From assembly GCA_010015585.1 (NCBI GenBank), contig ML975154.1: a stretch of 64,000 bases of DNA, one strand, 5' to 3'. The DNA is from Eremomyces bilateralis CBS 781.70. Lineage: Eukaryota. The translations under genes were made by a program, and so were the position numbers. A model generated the notes under the pieces. The model made no database searches, was not told the DNA's origin, and was given only the letters and a program-made list of their open reading frames with translations. Shown one piece after another: positions 1 through 10,800 of this stretch (within the stretch, counting starts at the first letter, position 1; each line of letters begins with the position of its first letter).

Positions 1-1615
1 GGGTGCCGCGGACGAAGTCGTCGTAGTCGAGGGGGAGGACGGGAGAGGCGGAGGAGAGGAACTCCGGGTGGAAGACGACCTTGACGCGGTCGGCGGGGTG
101 GTTGAAGAGTTGGCAGCGGCGGAGCTGGTTGAGGATGGGGTCTTCGGAGTCGTTGGCCATGTTGTGAGTTACGATCGGGGGGAGGGTGTGGCGCTTCATG
201 GCGAAGAGACGGCGGCGGAGAAGGATCTTGTCGGCGGGGGAGACCAGCTCTTTGTCTTCGGGGAGGTCCATGCCTTCGTGCCAGAGGAGGGACCGCTCGA
301 AGAGCTTCTTACCGATGTTGTCGGTGACGACGTTGATGGTGTCGTGGAGCGATTTGATGACCGCTTGGCCTTTCAGGGCTTCGACGGTGAGGGAGTGGGT
401 TTGCGCCGGCATGATGATGAACGCGACCACAGTGACGGGGGATCCGGCGGCCTTCATGCGGTGGTTAAGTCGGGCGAGCGACTCAATGAACATATCGACG
501 CCTTTATTCCGATATTCGTAGCGGCCGGCAGTAAAGAAATACAGCGTATTGTCCGGGTCGAAGTCGTTGTGGCCGTAGAAATGCCCGCGCACGAAGTCAG
601 TGATCTTCATCTTGTTCTGCTGGTGCAGGTTTTGGAATTCGTGGGTCGCGGAGAACTTCTTGACGTTGAGCCCGTTGGGTAGGACGCCGTCGGGCTTCCG
701 CTTCAGCAGGTGCTCGCTCTCGAACGCGGTGATGTGCGAGACGGTGGTGAAGACATCGGCGGCGTGGGTGGCAGCGCGTTCGATGCAGTAGCGGTGGTAG
801 ATGCCGCGTTTCCCGGCTTCGGCATCGACGTCGAAGTATTGGAGGTTGTTGTAGAAGTCGACAGAGCCGGCGCAGAGGTATCGGCCGAGGAGGGTGGCGT
901 GGGTGGTGAAGATGGTGGTGACGTCGATGCGGCGTTTCTTGCAGAGGGGGAGGGCGACACCGGCCAACCATTCGTGGAATTGAACAACAACAGCTCGTTG
1001 TTTTTCGTGGAAGACATACTGGAGGAGGAGTTTAGCGGGATTGCAAGAGTGGAGGGTGCGTCATACCTCGCCCAAGAACCATGCGATCAGATAGCCAAAC
1101 ACGATGGCCTCGTTGGTCTCGTCGTCTCCTGGTGGTGAAGGAATACCGGCGACACTCCATAGATCACCCTTCCACTCATCCAGATAGCCATAAGCTGACT
1201 TCGTATCGAAGAGCAACACTCGTGGAGCACCATCGATCAGCCATCGTCCGTACAGGGTAGCGATTCCCCGCTCGTTCATGGACTTGATTGTCTCTAAGAG
1301 AGCGGGGTCTTTGGGGGTGAGCTCTTCCACTTCGGTCGCGGCCTGATCGAACGTCAGTTTGGTCATATAGCTAGGGGTTTGCCAGACATACGGATCCTCG
1401 ATTGAGAGGGCCAAGTAGTGTGTATGCGGCGCCATATTCGGCGGTGGTGACTTGAGCTTTGGATTTGAGGACGGAGTAAATACCGCCAACTATTTTTTCG
1501 GCATCAGCACTATTTGGGATGGTCTCATTCATAGAATCGTACCTCTATGAGCTACTTCGGTCGCAACCTCGAAGAGCAGGTGGTTATGCACGTCTCGTTT
1601 CGGGGCGTCGGACAT
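1..1615 (-). CDS. GSY1: Glycogen synthase, 5' part (runs off the left edge; at least 3 introns)
   Basis: ATG at 1615. Spliced translation [36 protein letters not shown]...FHEWLAG...[23 protein letters not shown]...[18 protein letters not shown]...HPEFLSS matches GT3 glycogen synthase motifs. GT-AG introns near 1490-1542, ~1344-1390 and ~1020-1066. Confidence 0.97.
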
Positions 1616-2900
1616 GGTGACGTCTTCAAGTCACGCTCAAGGAGCGAGGATAATTGGGGAGATGAGAATGCAATTGAGAAAGAAATTAGTCGAGGTTATT
1701 TGAAGAGAATTCCAGGAGGTAATTGTCAATTATGGAGAAAGCACAGGATGGAAAAATTGTAATGTGAGAGGCGGGTAAAACGTCCAAGCAGCGGAGGAGG
1801 TGGTGGTGATGGAGGTGGTGGAGCACGAGGAGGAGAAGGATGCAATTAACCCTCGAAGCTTCCCCACTCCGGATATTTTCACGTAAATGGTGAAGATGTA
1901 CAATTGATAATTCTGTGCCAAAGGACGAGGGCGTCGGCGGATTATTTGAAGCCCAAAGGTGGTGAAATCTCAGTTCCTCACCAAAGACTGTTGGATGAAG
2001 AATGGTGGTGATTGTTGAGGAGGAGCTAAGATCTCCATCGAATATCGATCAGTCCAGGCCGTGCTGCGCTACGTTATGAATTATGAGTTTATGATGTAAT
2101 TGCCATTCAACCACTCGACGCTAATAATTAAGCTAATGTCCATTAAGTATCGTCAGGTAACCCTGACTTCTATCTCGACTGCAGATTTTCTCTCTATGGA
2201 GTAACAATAGTATTCATTTCATTCCTGGAGCCTATTAGAATGGACAATGGCTCATCATCTGAACGATGGATTTTCCCAATTCCTCATCTATTATTCAGTC
2301 TGTACTCACTACTTACTACTCAGTACTCACTCTTCGGTGATCAGTGGAACAATTGATTGTTCCTCGGAGTGCAACTGACCCCCAGGGTCCCTGGTCAATA
2401 TCGATCTCAGCCATCAATTGTTGAGCGTTGACTGTTGACCCTCTTCTGAGTTCTGACTCCTCATCTACTCAACTCCTCAGGTGAAGATGAGTCTATCGTA
2501 AATGAATGCCCTCATCAAGTCTCCATCTCAGCTTCCTTAATCATTCCCTCGTGGTTATCGGAGGTGAGTCATTAGGAGCTGTCAGATCAGATTATGACGC
2601 TGTTATAAGTGTCCTTCCCGTGGGTTCCCAAGGATACGTGCATGATCATATAAACACATCCTATTGATGATCAAACTTCTACAACCTACAACTCACGAGT
2701 CACATAATGACCGAGAACGGAAGTGAGAACTAGCACAACTCTACCTGTCGACATTCTGAGCACATATCAGCTGTTATTTCTTATCGGCTTTTTCGGCCAT
2801 CGCAGCTTCTCTTCGCCAAGCCATCAGTTTTGATTCATCTCATCTCCGCCCATTCAAATTCACAAGTCACAACTCTTGCTTCTTTACCTCCAAAGTCGCA

Positions 2901-4160
2901 ATGGGAGGCAACGCCTTCACCCAGCCCGGTCCCAACGACCAACCTGCTCTCGTCACTCCTCGATTAACTCCACAGCAATACGATCTCCTGAAAACCTATG
3001 TCTCCGACAAACTCGCCGCCCTTTTCGAATGCCTCGCCGTTCCTAAAGAAATGCCCGGAAAAGAGTCCTTTGGAGACCTGGATTACCTCGCAGTAGCACC
3101 AACGGTCAACTGCCCGGAAGATTGGGTGGCGGAGGTTCAGTCCCGACTATCCGCCCCGCAAGTTCGTGGCCAAGATCCGACGGCGAGCTTCGCCGTGCCC
3201 TGGGATATCGCAGGTATAAAAGATGTGATCGAACAACCACGCGCGACCAATGGCGAACCACAAGCGACTAATGACGTAAATCACGAAGACGTATCCACCC
3301 CCACCCACCACGCCCAAATCGACCTCTCCCTCATCCCCCCTTCCACCTACCCCTGGCAACTCTTCCTCCACTCTCACGGCGACCTCTCCCGAATCCTCGC
3401 CCACCTCCTCCGTCCTCTCGCCCTCCATCTCAACCACCACGGCCTCCACCTCCGCCTCGCTGAAATCGCCGCCTCCGTCCCCGACAAGAAAAAATCTCTC
3501 CTCTTCCTCTCCACCGCCCCGGACGCCCTGTTCCGCTTTCTTGAGATTGATTACGCGGCAGTTGGGGGGGCGGGGTCGTGCACGGAGATGTTCGATCAAG
3601 TGGTGGCATCGCCGTTTTTCGGGGCGGGGGTGGTCGAGTGGGCGGCGACTCCGCGGGAAGATGGCACAAGAAGCGATCGGCAGCGGCATGCGAAGCGCCC
3701 GATGTATCGACAGTTCATGGAGGAATATATCCCCGCGAACCTCTCGAAGTTCAGTAGCAAGGCGGGGTATTCTCGCGAGGAGGTGCGCGAACGCGCGGTG
3801 CGGTGGTTCGGGAAGGAAGCGGAGTTAGCGACGATGCTGGGGGAGTGGGCAGTGGAGGAGGCGGAGAAGGCGTGGTGGGCGGACGTGGTGGGGGTGTTTC
3901 CGGGGGAGATGAGCGTAGAGAAGCGGCGAAGGGTGGTGAGGGGGCTGAAGCGGTGGGTGGAGGTGGGAGGGGGGGAGGCGGTGGTGAGGAGGGAGGCGAG
4001 GGCGTTGGAGGGGAGGTGGGTGGATGGGATGGGGGTGGGGAGGGAGGGGTGGGGGGGGAGGAGGGAAGGGGTATTGGAGTGGGTGAAGGGGAATTGGGAG
4101 ATGGTGAATGCGTTAGAGAAGGGAAGGGTGAAGGGGGGAGGGAAGAAGTGGGTGGAGTAG
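2901..4160 (+). CDS. Uncharacterised protein, 419 aa, with Pol beta/X-family nucleotidyltransferase-like motifs
   Basis: Intronless ORF with GKESFGDLDYLAV (G-D-x-D), QIDLSLIP (third Asp), HLNHHGL and LFRFLEIDY, in the same order as Pol X palm/thumb motifs. Confidence 0.75.
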   Translation: MGGNAFTQPGPNDQPALVTPRLTPQQYDLLKTYVSDKLAALFECLAVPKEMPGKESFGDLDYLAVAPTVNCPEDWVAEVQSRLSAPQVRGQDPTASFAVPWDIAGIKDVIEQPRATNGEPQATNDVNHEDVSTPTHHAQIDLSLIPPSTYPWQLFLHSHGDLSRILAHLLRPLALHLNHHGLHLRLAEIAASVPDKKKSLLFLSTAPDALFRFLEIDYAAVGGAGSCTEMFDQVVASPFFGAGVVEWAATPREDGTRSDRQRHAKRPMYRQFMEEYIPANLSKFSSKAGYSREEVRERAVRWFGKEAELATMLGEWAVEEAEKAWWADVVGVFPGEMSVEKRRRVVRGLKRWVEVGGGEAVVRREARALEGRWVDGMGVGREGWGGRREGVLEWVKGNWEMVNALEKGRVKGGGKKWVE

Positions 4161-5018
4161 CGAGTTTGGCTACTGTCGCATTAACAAGTTGCAGTGATCA
4201 GCGTTAGTGCAGCGATTTCATGATACTCCTGGATTGATTTTCCCATCTCCTCAGCATAGCGCGTATCCTATAACTATAGCATCCTCAACAAAAAGAACCA
4301 TCACCCTTCCACCCACCAATCCCGCCCATCCGCCCCAAACACTTACCTCAAACCTAACTAAAAAAGCAGTTCACATAGGGTAATAAAACCATAATGATCC
4401 AACCCATCGTTGCGAAGGGGTAACAGAATCCCGTGATTGGTCACCATTTCTCTCCCAATGGCTTCGGCACCACCAGCGTCCCCGAATCAAAGATCTCATC
4501 TCTTCACCATCCAAAAATCACGCGGAAGGGTACCAATCGGACGCATCGTTTTGGATGAACTTCGAGTTTATGGATCGGGTAAGTAGGTTGGGTGGGATTT
4601 AAATCCGACACAAGGCCGCCGTCTCTCGGGCAAGTTCACGAGCCAAGAAGTTACCCTTTGACACTTTGATGCGCCCATAGGATGTTGGACGGCGAAAATA
4701 TTCCTTATCGATAGACGGCAGGGTTACTTATTGCCTTCTGCTTACAGGGTTTCTTACTGCTGAATTACGTCTACACCGCAGGGTTACCATCGGCTCTTCG
4801 CTGTGCAAATTCGGTGCATCATTCAAGTCATCATCACCAATCTCTGATTTCGCTCCATTTACTCACTCCCAGGGTCTTTCTGGTCCAATTACTCATTTTT
4901 CATTCAAATATATCCATCTAGAACACCCTTCGACTTCCTTTCCATTTCTTCGCATATACGCATTTACGTGCGTGCGATTTGACGTTCGGTCGGCCATACA
5001 CTTCAATAGACCTACCCG

Positions 5019-7565
5019 ATGGCGGCGTCGTTGGGCGTAATGGAGGAGGCGCCGGAGAGTCGTGTACTGATAATCATTACGGGCGGGACGATCTGTATGA
5101 AGCCGTCGGCGGACGGGCTGGTTCCGGTGAGTTTAAGATATTTTGTTCGAAGTCAGAAAGAGGTGTTGCTCTGGTTTTGGTGTGGAGAACGGTGGTCCGC
5201 GGGAAACGGAGGGCATGATATCTGGTTGTGTCTGAGGAGGGCACTGCACAGAAAGAGTTGGGACGGTTAGCGATTGATCGGTTCCATTATGTATGGATCA
5301 ATCGTCCCGAAAAAGATGGTGCTTCGATCAGGAGAATGAGGACGTTCTATACTCTGGGGATCAGTGATGGCCACTGACGATGGACGTGCTTATCCAGTCT
5401 CCTGGATTTCAGGTTTTCTGAATGCATGGAGAACATTAGAGGTGCTCTGATGCGGTCCATTCGGCGGAATACTCTGGATTCAGAAAACGGACCCGGGTAC
5501 CCCGAATCTATGTAGTGACCAATATCACTCCCCTTGGGTGCTTAGGAGTAGAGCAGAAAGAGCGCCATGGGGAAATGCTTCTTCTGCTTGTTAAAGTTTA
5601 TTTTCCGTTTCGAGTAAAGACTAACCACTAATAGGCAACTGGCTTCCTGAAAACCGGTCTCGCTCCCCAACCCTCATTTAACGACGGGTCTTACCCCGAA
5701 CCTTTGGAGATCGCAGTCGACGATGCAGGAACTCGAAAAGCAGTACAAAGTCTACGGACACCCATCAGCACATATCATCGACGAGTGCGTTACAGCGTCT
5801 ACGAATTTCCCACCCTCCTCGACAGTAGCTCGATCGACGCAACAGGATGGGACCTGATCGCGCGATCCATCCAACGAAATTACCAGCTCTTTGACGGCTT
5901 CGTCATCCTCCACGGCACCGACAGTCTAGCATACACCTGCTCCGCACTATCATTCATGCTCAACAACCTTGGGAAGCCCGTCATCCTCACCGGCTCCCAA
6001 GCCCCCATGCTCTCCCTCCAAACTGACGCGACCGACAACCTCCTTAACTCCCTCATCATCGCCGGACACTTCATGATCCCTGAGGTCTGTCTCTTCTTCA
6101 ACTTTGCTCTCTACCGTGGCAACCGCACCACTAAAACGTCCTCCGACTCCTTCGCCGCCTTCGCCTCCCCCAACCACCCCCCCCTGGCCACCGTCTCCGC
6201 CACCCGCACCCACGTCAACTGGGACCTCATCGTAAAACCCACTGCCCCCCTCCCCTTCCACATCTCCACCTCACTCTCCACCGCCCACGTCGCCTGCCTC
6301 CGCGTCTTCCCCGGAATCCTCCCCGAAATGCTCGACGCCGTCCTCCGCCTCCCTTCCCTCCAGGGCCTCATCCTCGAAACCTTCGGCGCGGGGAACACCC
6401 CGGGTGGACCCGACGGCACCCTCACCCGTGTGCTCGCCGCCGCCGTCCAGCGCGGCATTGTTATTGTTAACGTCACCCAATGCCTCTCCGGCTCCGTGTC
6501 CGCGCTCTACGCCTCCGGTACGGCGCTCGGGCGCGCAGGCATCGTGTTCGGACAAGACCTCACGACCGAAGCAGCATTAACCAAGCTATCGTACCTACTA
6601 GCACAGGAGGACGCGACGCCGGAGAGCGTAGCGCGAGAGATGGCGCGGGACCTATGTGGCGAGCTGACGGAGCGGGGGGAGGTAGCGTTTGCGCATCCGG
6701 GGCGGGAGAAGCGGCGGGTGAGCGGGGCGCTGACACCGGAGGTGGAGAGCTTGACGGCGCTGGGGTATCGGATCCAGGAGGGGGATCTAGACGGGGTGAA
6801 AGGGGTGATGAGGGAGGAGCGGGGGTGGTTGTTGGGGGAGGGGGATTATGCGGGGAATACGCCGATGGTGAGTACCGGTGTTGGTTCCTTGACCCGTGCG
6901 ATGGGGGCGGTGAAGTTGGAGGGGTTGCCGGATGTGGTGGAGGATGTGGAGGCGGAGGAGGTGGTGCCGGTGCGGTTGGTGGGTGGGATTGGACACATGC
7001 GTCGGTCGACGAGCCACAGTAGTGTCTCCAGCGGAGGTGGTCGGCGATTCTCGAACGTTTCTCGCTGAATCCCTTCATTTCATTTCTTCGGGCCCTCAAC
7101 CACGACGTTTTTGGAATATTCTATTTCGATGCTCCCGCATCCACCATACCTGTACTATACTAACCAACCCCTCTTTTCCAACAGCATATCGCCTCCCTCT
7201 CCCCACACCCCCAGATCCTCTCCTACCTCCTCGCCTCTGGCGGCTCCGTCCACCTCCGCAACCGCGCCGGTTTCACGCCGCTGTTCCTCGCCGCGCAAGC
7301 GGGGCTTCAGGAGAACGTGGCGTTGCTAAGGGAGGCAGGCGCGCATTTGCATGGGAGCGAGATCGGAAAGGCGAAAGCGTGCTTGAAGGAGTTGGGGAAG
7401 GGTCCAGAGGGAGAAAAGGAGTGGGAGAGGGAGGAGAGGGAGAGGAGGAGGGGGGTTTGGGAGGTGGTGGGCGCGGAGGGCGCGGAGGGGTATTTAGATC
7501 GGAGGGGGGGAAATGAACAGTTCACGAAACATGGAGATGGGTGTTTAGGGGTTAGCGGAGAATGA
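5019..7565 (+). CDS. Type I L-asparaginase / 60-kDa lysophospholipase with C-terminal ankyrin repeats
   Basis: Exons 5019-5126, 5635-6867, 7185-7565. Motifs IITGGTICM, DSS, HGTDSLAY, TGSQ, RGNR; ankyrin-like GNTPMHIA and GFTPLFLAA. Confidence 0.93.
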
Positions 7566-7821
7566 ATACACAAAGAAGTTAGATCCCGACCTTCATGTCG
7601 TTGGTATATGCAGTATTACATATTCATCGTTCTGCATACTGCGGGCAGATATGATTCGACGGAGTCAATACCTAGTGTCTTTTGTTCAACCATGAAACCA
7701 GAAATTGTGCGACATAGAGTGTCACTTGTACTTAAGTTCGGTAGGTTCTGAATGACTTGAGAGTGAAAGTAGGTATTTAGACTTGATCCGAAATGGCGGC
7801 CGTTAAAAGTTCTAGTTGTTT

Positions 7822-10800
7822 TCACCAACCTCCAACTTGCTCATCACCTACGAAATGAGAACCTCCTGCGCAACGATATCCGCCGCTCTGCTTGATCCAG
7901 TGATAGCCCATGGGGCAGAGGCCCATCGTCTCCAATTTCCTCAACATCTCCTTCTCCTTTTCTCTGCGCTGTTCCTCCTTCCGCAACCGCTTCAGGATTT
8001 TCTCTCGCGCCTCAGCTGTAGCTGTGCGCTTGGCCTTTTGCAGCTTCTGATACTCCTCCTCCCGTTCCTTCTCTGCTTGCTTGTCCTTCTGCAGCTGCTC
8101 CCATACCTCATCGCTGACACCCGCATCTCGCTGAACTTCACGATCATGGCGTACCAGCTCCTTTATTTTCTCGGCTGGGGCATGTGATTCCGGAGGCAGG
8201 AGTTTCGGGTCCGTATCCTCAGCCTGATTGGTTGTTGAGACTGCCGAAGCGTTTGGCTGCACATTTGAAAACGATGCAGATTCGGTCAGGAGATCGCTGG
8301 CTAACGGGGATGGATCGGCAAACTGGCTGCGGCCTTCACGCTCCTTGATCATCGAGTTGAGCTCCGCCTCTACAGACACTTCCGATACAACCAGCTGGAT
8401 CTTGGCGGCTGACTTCTGCGACCGCAGAGTTGTGTTGAAGACGTTCTTTGCCACGGTTTGCACGTCTCTCGCACTTGCCCAGTTAGCTTGCTTGGTGAGG
8501 TCTGAGAAACAGTGCTCCATCTTCTCCCGGAACTCGTCCGACGGCATCTCGAGCGAAGAAATGTCTAGGACGACGGCGGCGCTCTTCTTCAGCAGGATTG
8601 CCTTCTGCTTCTTGAAAAACTGCACCAGTAGCGCGACGCATTCGGGCGGCGTCAGGTTCCGGAAATCGACTACCTCGGAGAAGCGAGAGGTGAGACCGGG
8701 ATTCGTCGACATGAGCCGATTGATGTCATTTTCGTAACCGGCGAGGATAATGACTACCTTCTTCGCATACTGGGGTTTGGTCGTTGAATCGGTCAGCTCG
8801 TCTACCGCTTCTTGGGCGAAGGCCCCGCCCGCGAGGCGGTACGCTTCGTCGACGAACAGAACCCTACCCAGTGATTTGTCCAGAAGCTGCTTGACCTTGG
8901 GGCCGGTTTGGCCAACATATTGTCCGATGAGGTCCGTCGCTGAGCACTCGACCACGTCGGCGCTGGCAAGGAATCCCATGTCGTAGAACACTTTGCCCAT
9001 TTTCTTGGCTGTGGTCGTCTTTCCGGTTCCAGGCGGCCCGCGAAAGAGGAAGTTGAAGGGTATACCCTCTTTCATGTTTAGGCCCAGAGACCTTGTGACG
9101 CGGACCGTTTCCTGGTAGCCTTCCAGTCTGCGGACAATGTCCTCGCACCCGACTGTGCCTTCGAAGAGCTTCTTGGTGTTGGTTTCTGACCGTTCCGCGC
9201 GGTCAAAGTCCTTGTCAAAGTCAAGAGCCTCGAGGGTGCTCGCGGACTTTGTTTCGCCGCGGGAGAAGCGGGACTGATGCCGCCCCTTTGAAGCGTCGAG
9301 AAGGATGTCAATCTCGCCCGCGTTGCCGAAATTGGGCCGGTTACGCGCTCGATCGAGCATCTCCATTGCCACGTTTTTCGCTTGGTCGGTTGCATCGAAG
9401 CCCTGAGCTTTGAGCTTCAGGTCGAGAATCTTCCGAAGCTCAGCGTCGTTAAAATCATCAAAGATGAATGCCGATGCTAGTGGGAAACGCCTACTAAGCC
9501 CAGGATTGGCATTCTGGAACATCTTCTCCATTTGGTCTTTATAACCCAGAAGCAGAACGCATCTGTCGTCCCCTGGGACGCTTTGCACTTCGGCGACAAG
9601 AGTGTCGACGACGGTGGTCTTAAATGGATCAGATGTGGAACCGTGATCGCCCCCCGAGTGTAGGCCATAGGCTTCGTCAATGACCAACACTTTTCCCAGC
9701 GATGCAGCAAGGATTCCTTTTGTCTGTTTCTCAGATCCTCCGAGGATGGCGCCCACGAAATCGGACGGATTCTTTACGACGACTGTAATGTGTTAGCCTA
9801 GGAAACAAGATGCGCTTTCGTGACCCAAAGCAGAACCGCAGAGTGAGAGAGCAAAACCGACGTGGGCAACTTGCCTTCTCCTCTAGAGAGCAGTCCTAAG
9901 TCAACAAGAATCCCACCGTAAAGCTTTGCTACTGTGGTTTTGCCAGTTCCTGGGCTCCCCAGGAGCACTTTGTTGAGCGAATATTCGATCGGAGGCTGCT
10001 CCTCGAGCTCACGGACGTAGTTTTGCTGGATGGAGTCGACAAGAGCCGCTACTGCAGTTTTGACCGAGTCCAGCCCGATCATGGCTTTTAGCTTCTGCCA
10101 CGGCTTGGACTTTTCGAGCGCACTCGACGGTTCCGGGCCGATCAGGTCCTCCTTAGTCAGGAGAAAGTCATCGGGATGATTGCCTACGCGTTGTTCTCGA
10201 AAGAGGCGACCTGACTGTCGACGAGTGACTTGAGCCAGAGCGTTCTGGACGGCTCGCGCATTGCCAAATCCCGCCTTACCCCTTCCGCGGCCGATTCTCC
10301 GGGAGACGATGCGGCAGTATAGTCCCTCTATTCCGTCTTCGCATTTCATCCTGCCAGAGTATTTCTTATGGAGGCTCAGCTCAAAAATATCGAGGAGCTC
10401 CTCGTCAGTGTAGTCGGTGAACTTCATTTCAATGGGAAAGCGACTGGGCAGGCCGGGATTGTGGGCGAAGACGCTTTCCATCTCTTTGTTATAGCCTGCA
10501 AGAACGAAAACCACCTTTCCCACAAGGTTTTCCACTTCCGGAAGAAGGTAGTCCAGCACCGCACCCCCACCGCCACTGTTACCGGAGGTCAGCTGATACG
10601 CTTCGTCGACGAACAGCACTCCTCCGCCGTCATTTTGCAACTCGTCGATAAGCTTCTTGCACTCAGATACCCCCCCGTGGGCAAGAGCTGAGCCTGTAGT
10701 CTCTTTAAAACACTGGCCCGGGATGACGCCAATCGAGCACAGGAATTGCGAGTAGAGACGCGCAACAGTTGTTTTCCCTATCGGAATATCAGCAACGCCG

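Noticed and set aside
68..1138. Plus-strand ORFs 68-682 and 710-1138
   Set aside because: Antisense shadows of the glycogen synthase CDS, caused by codon bias.
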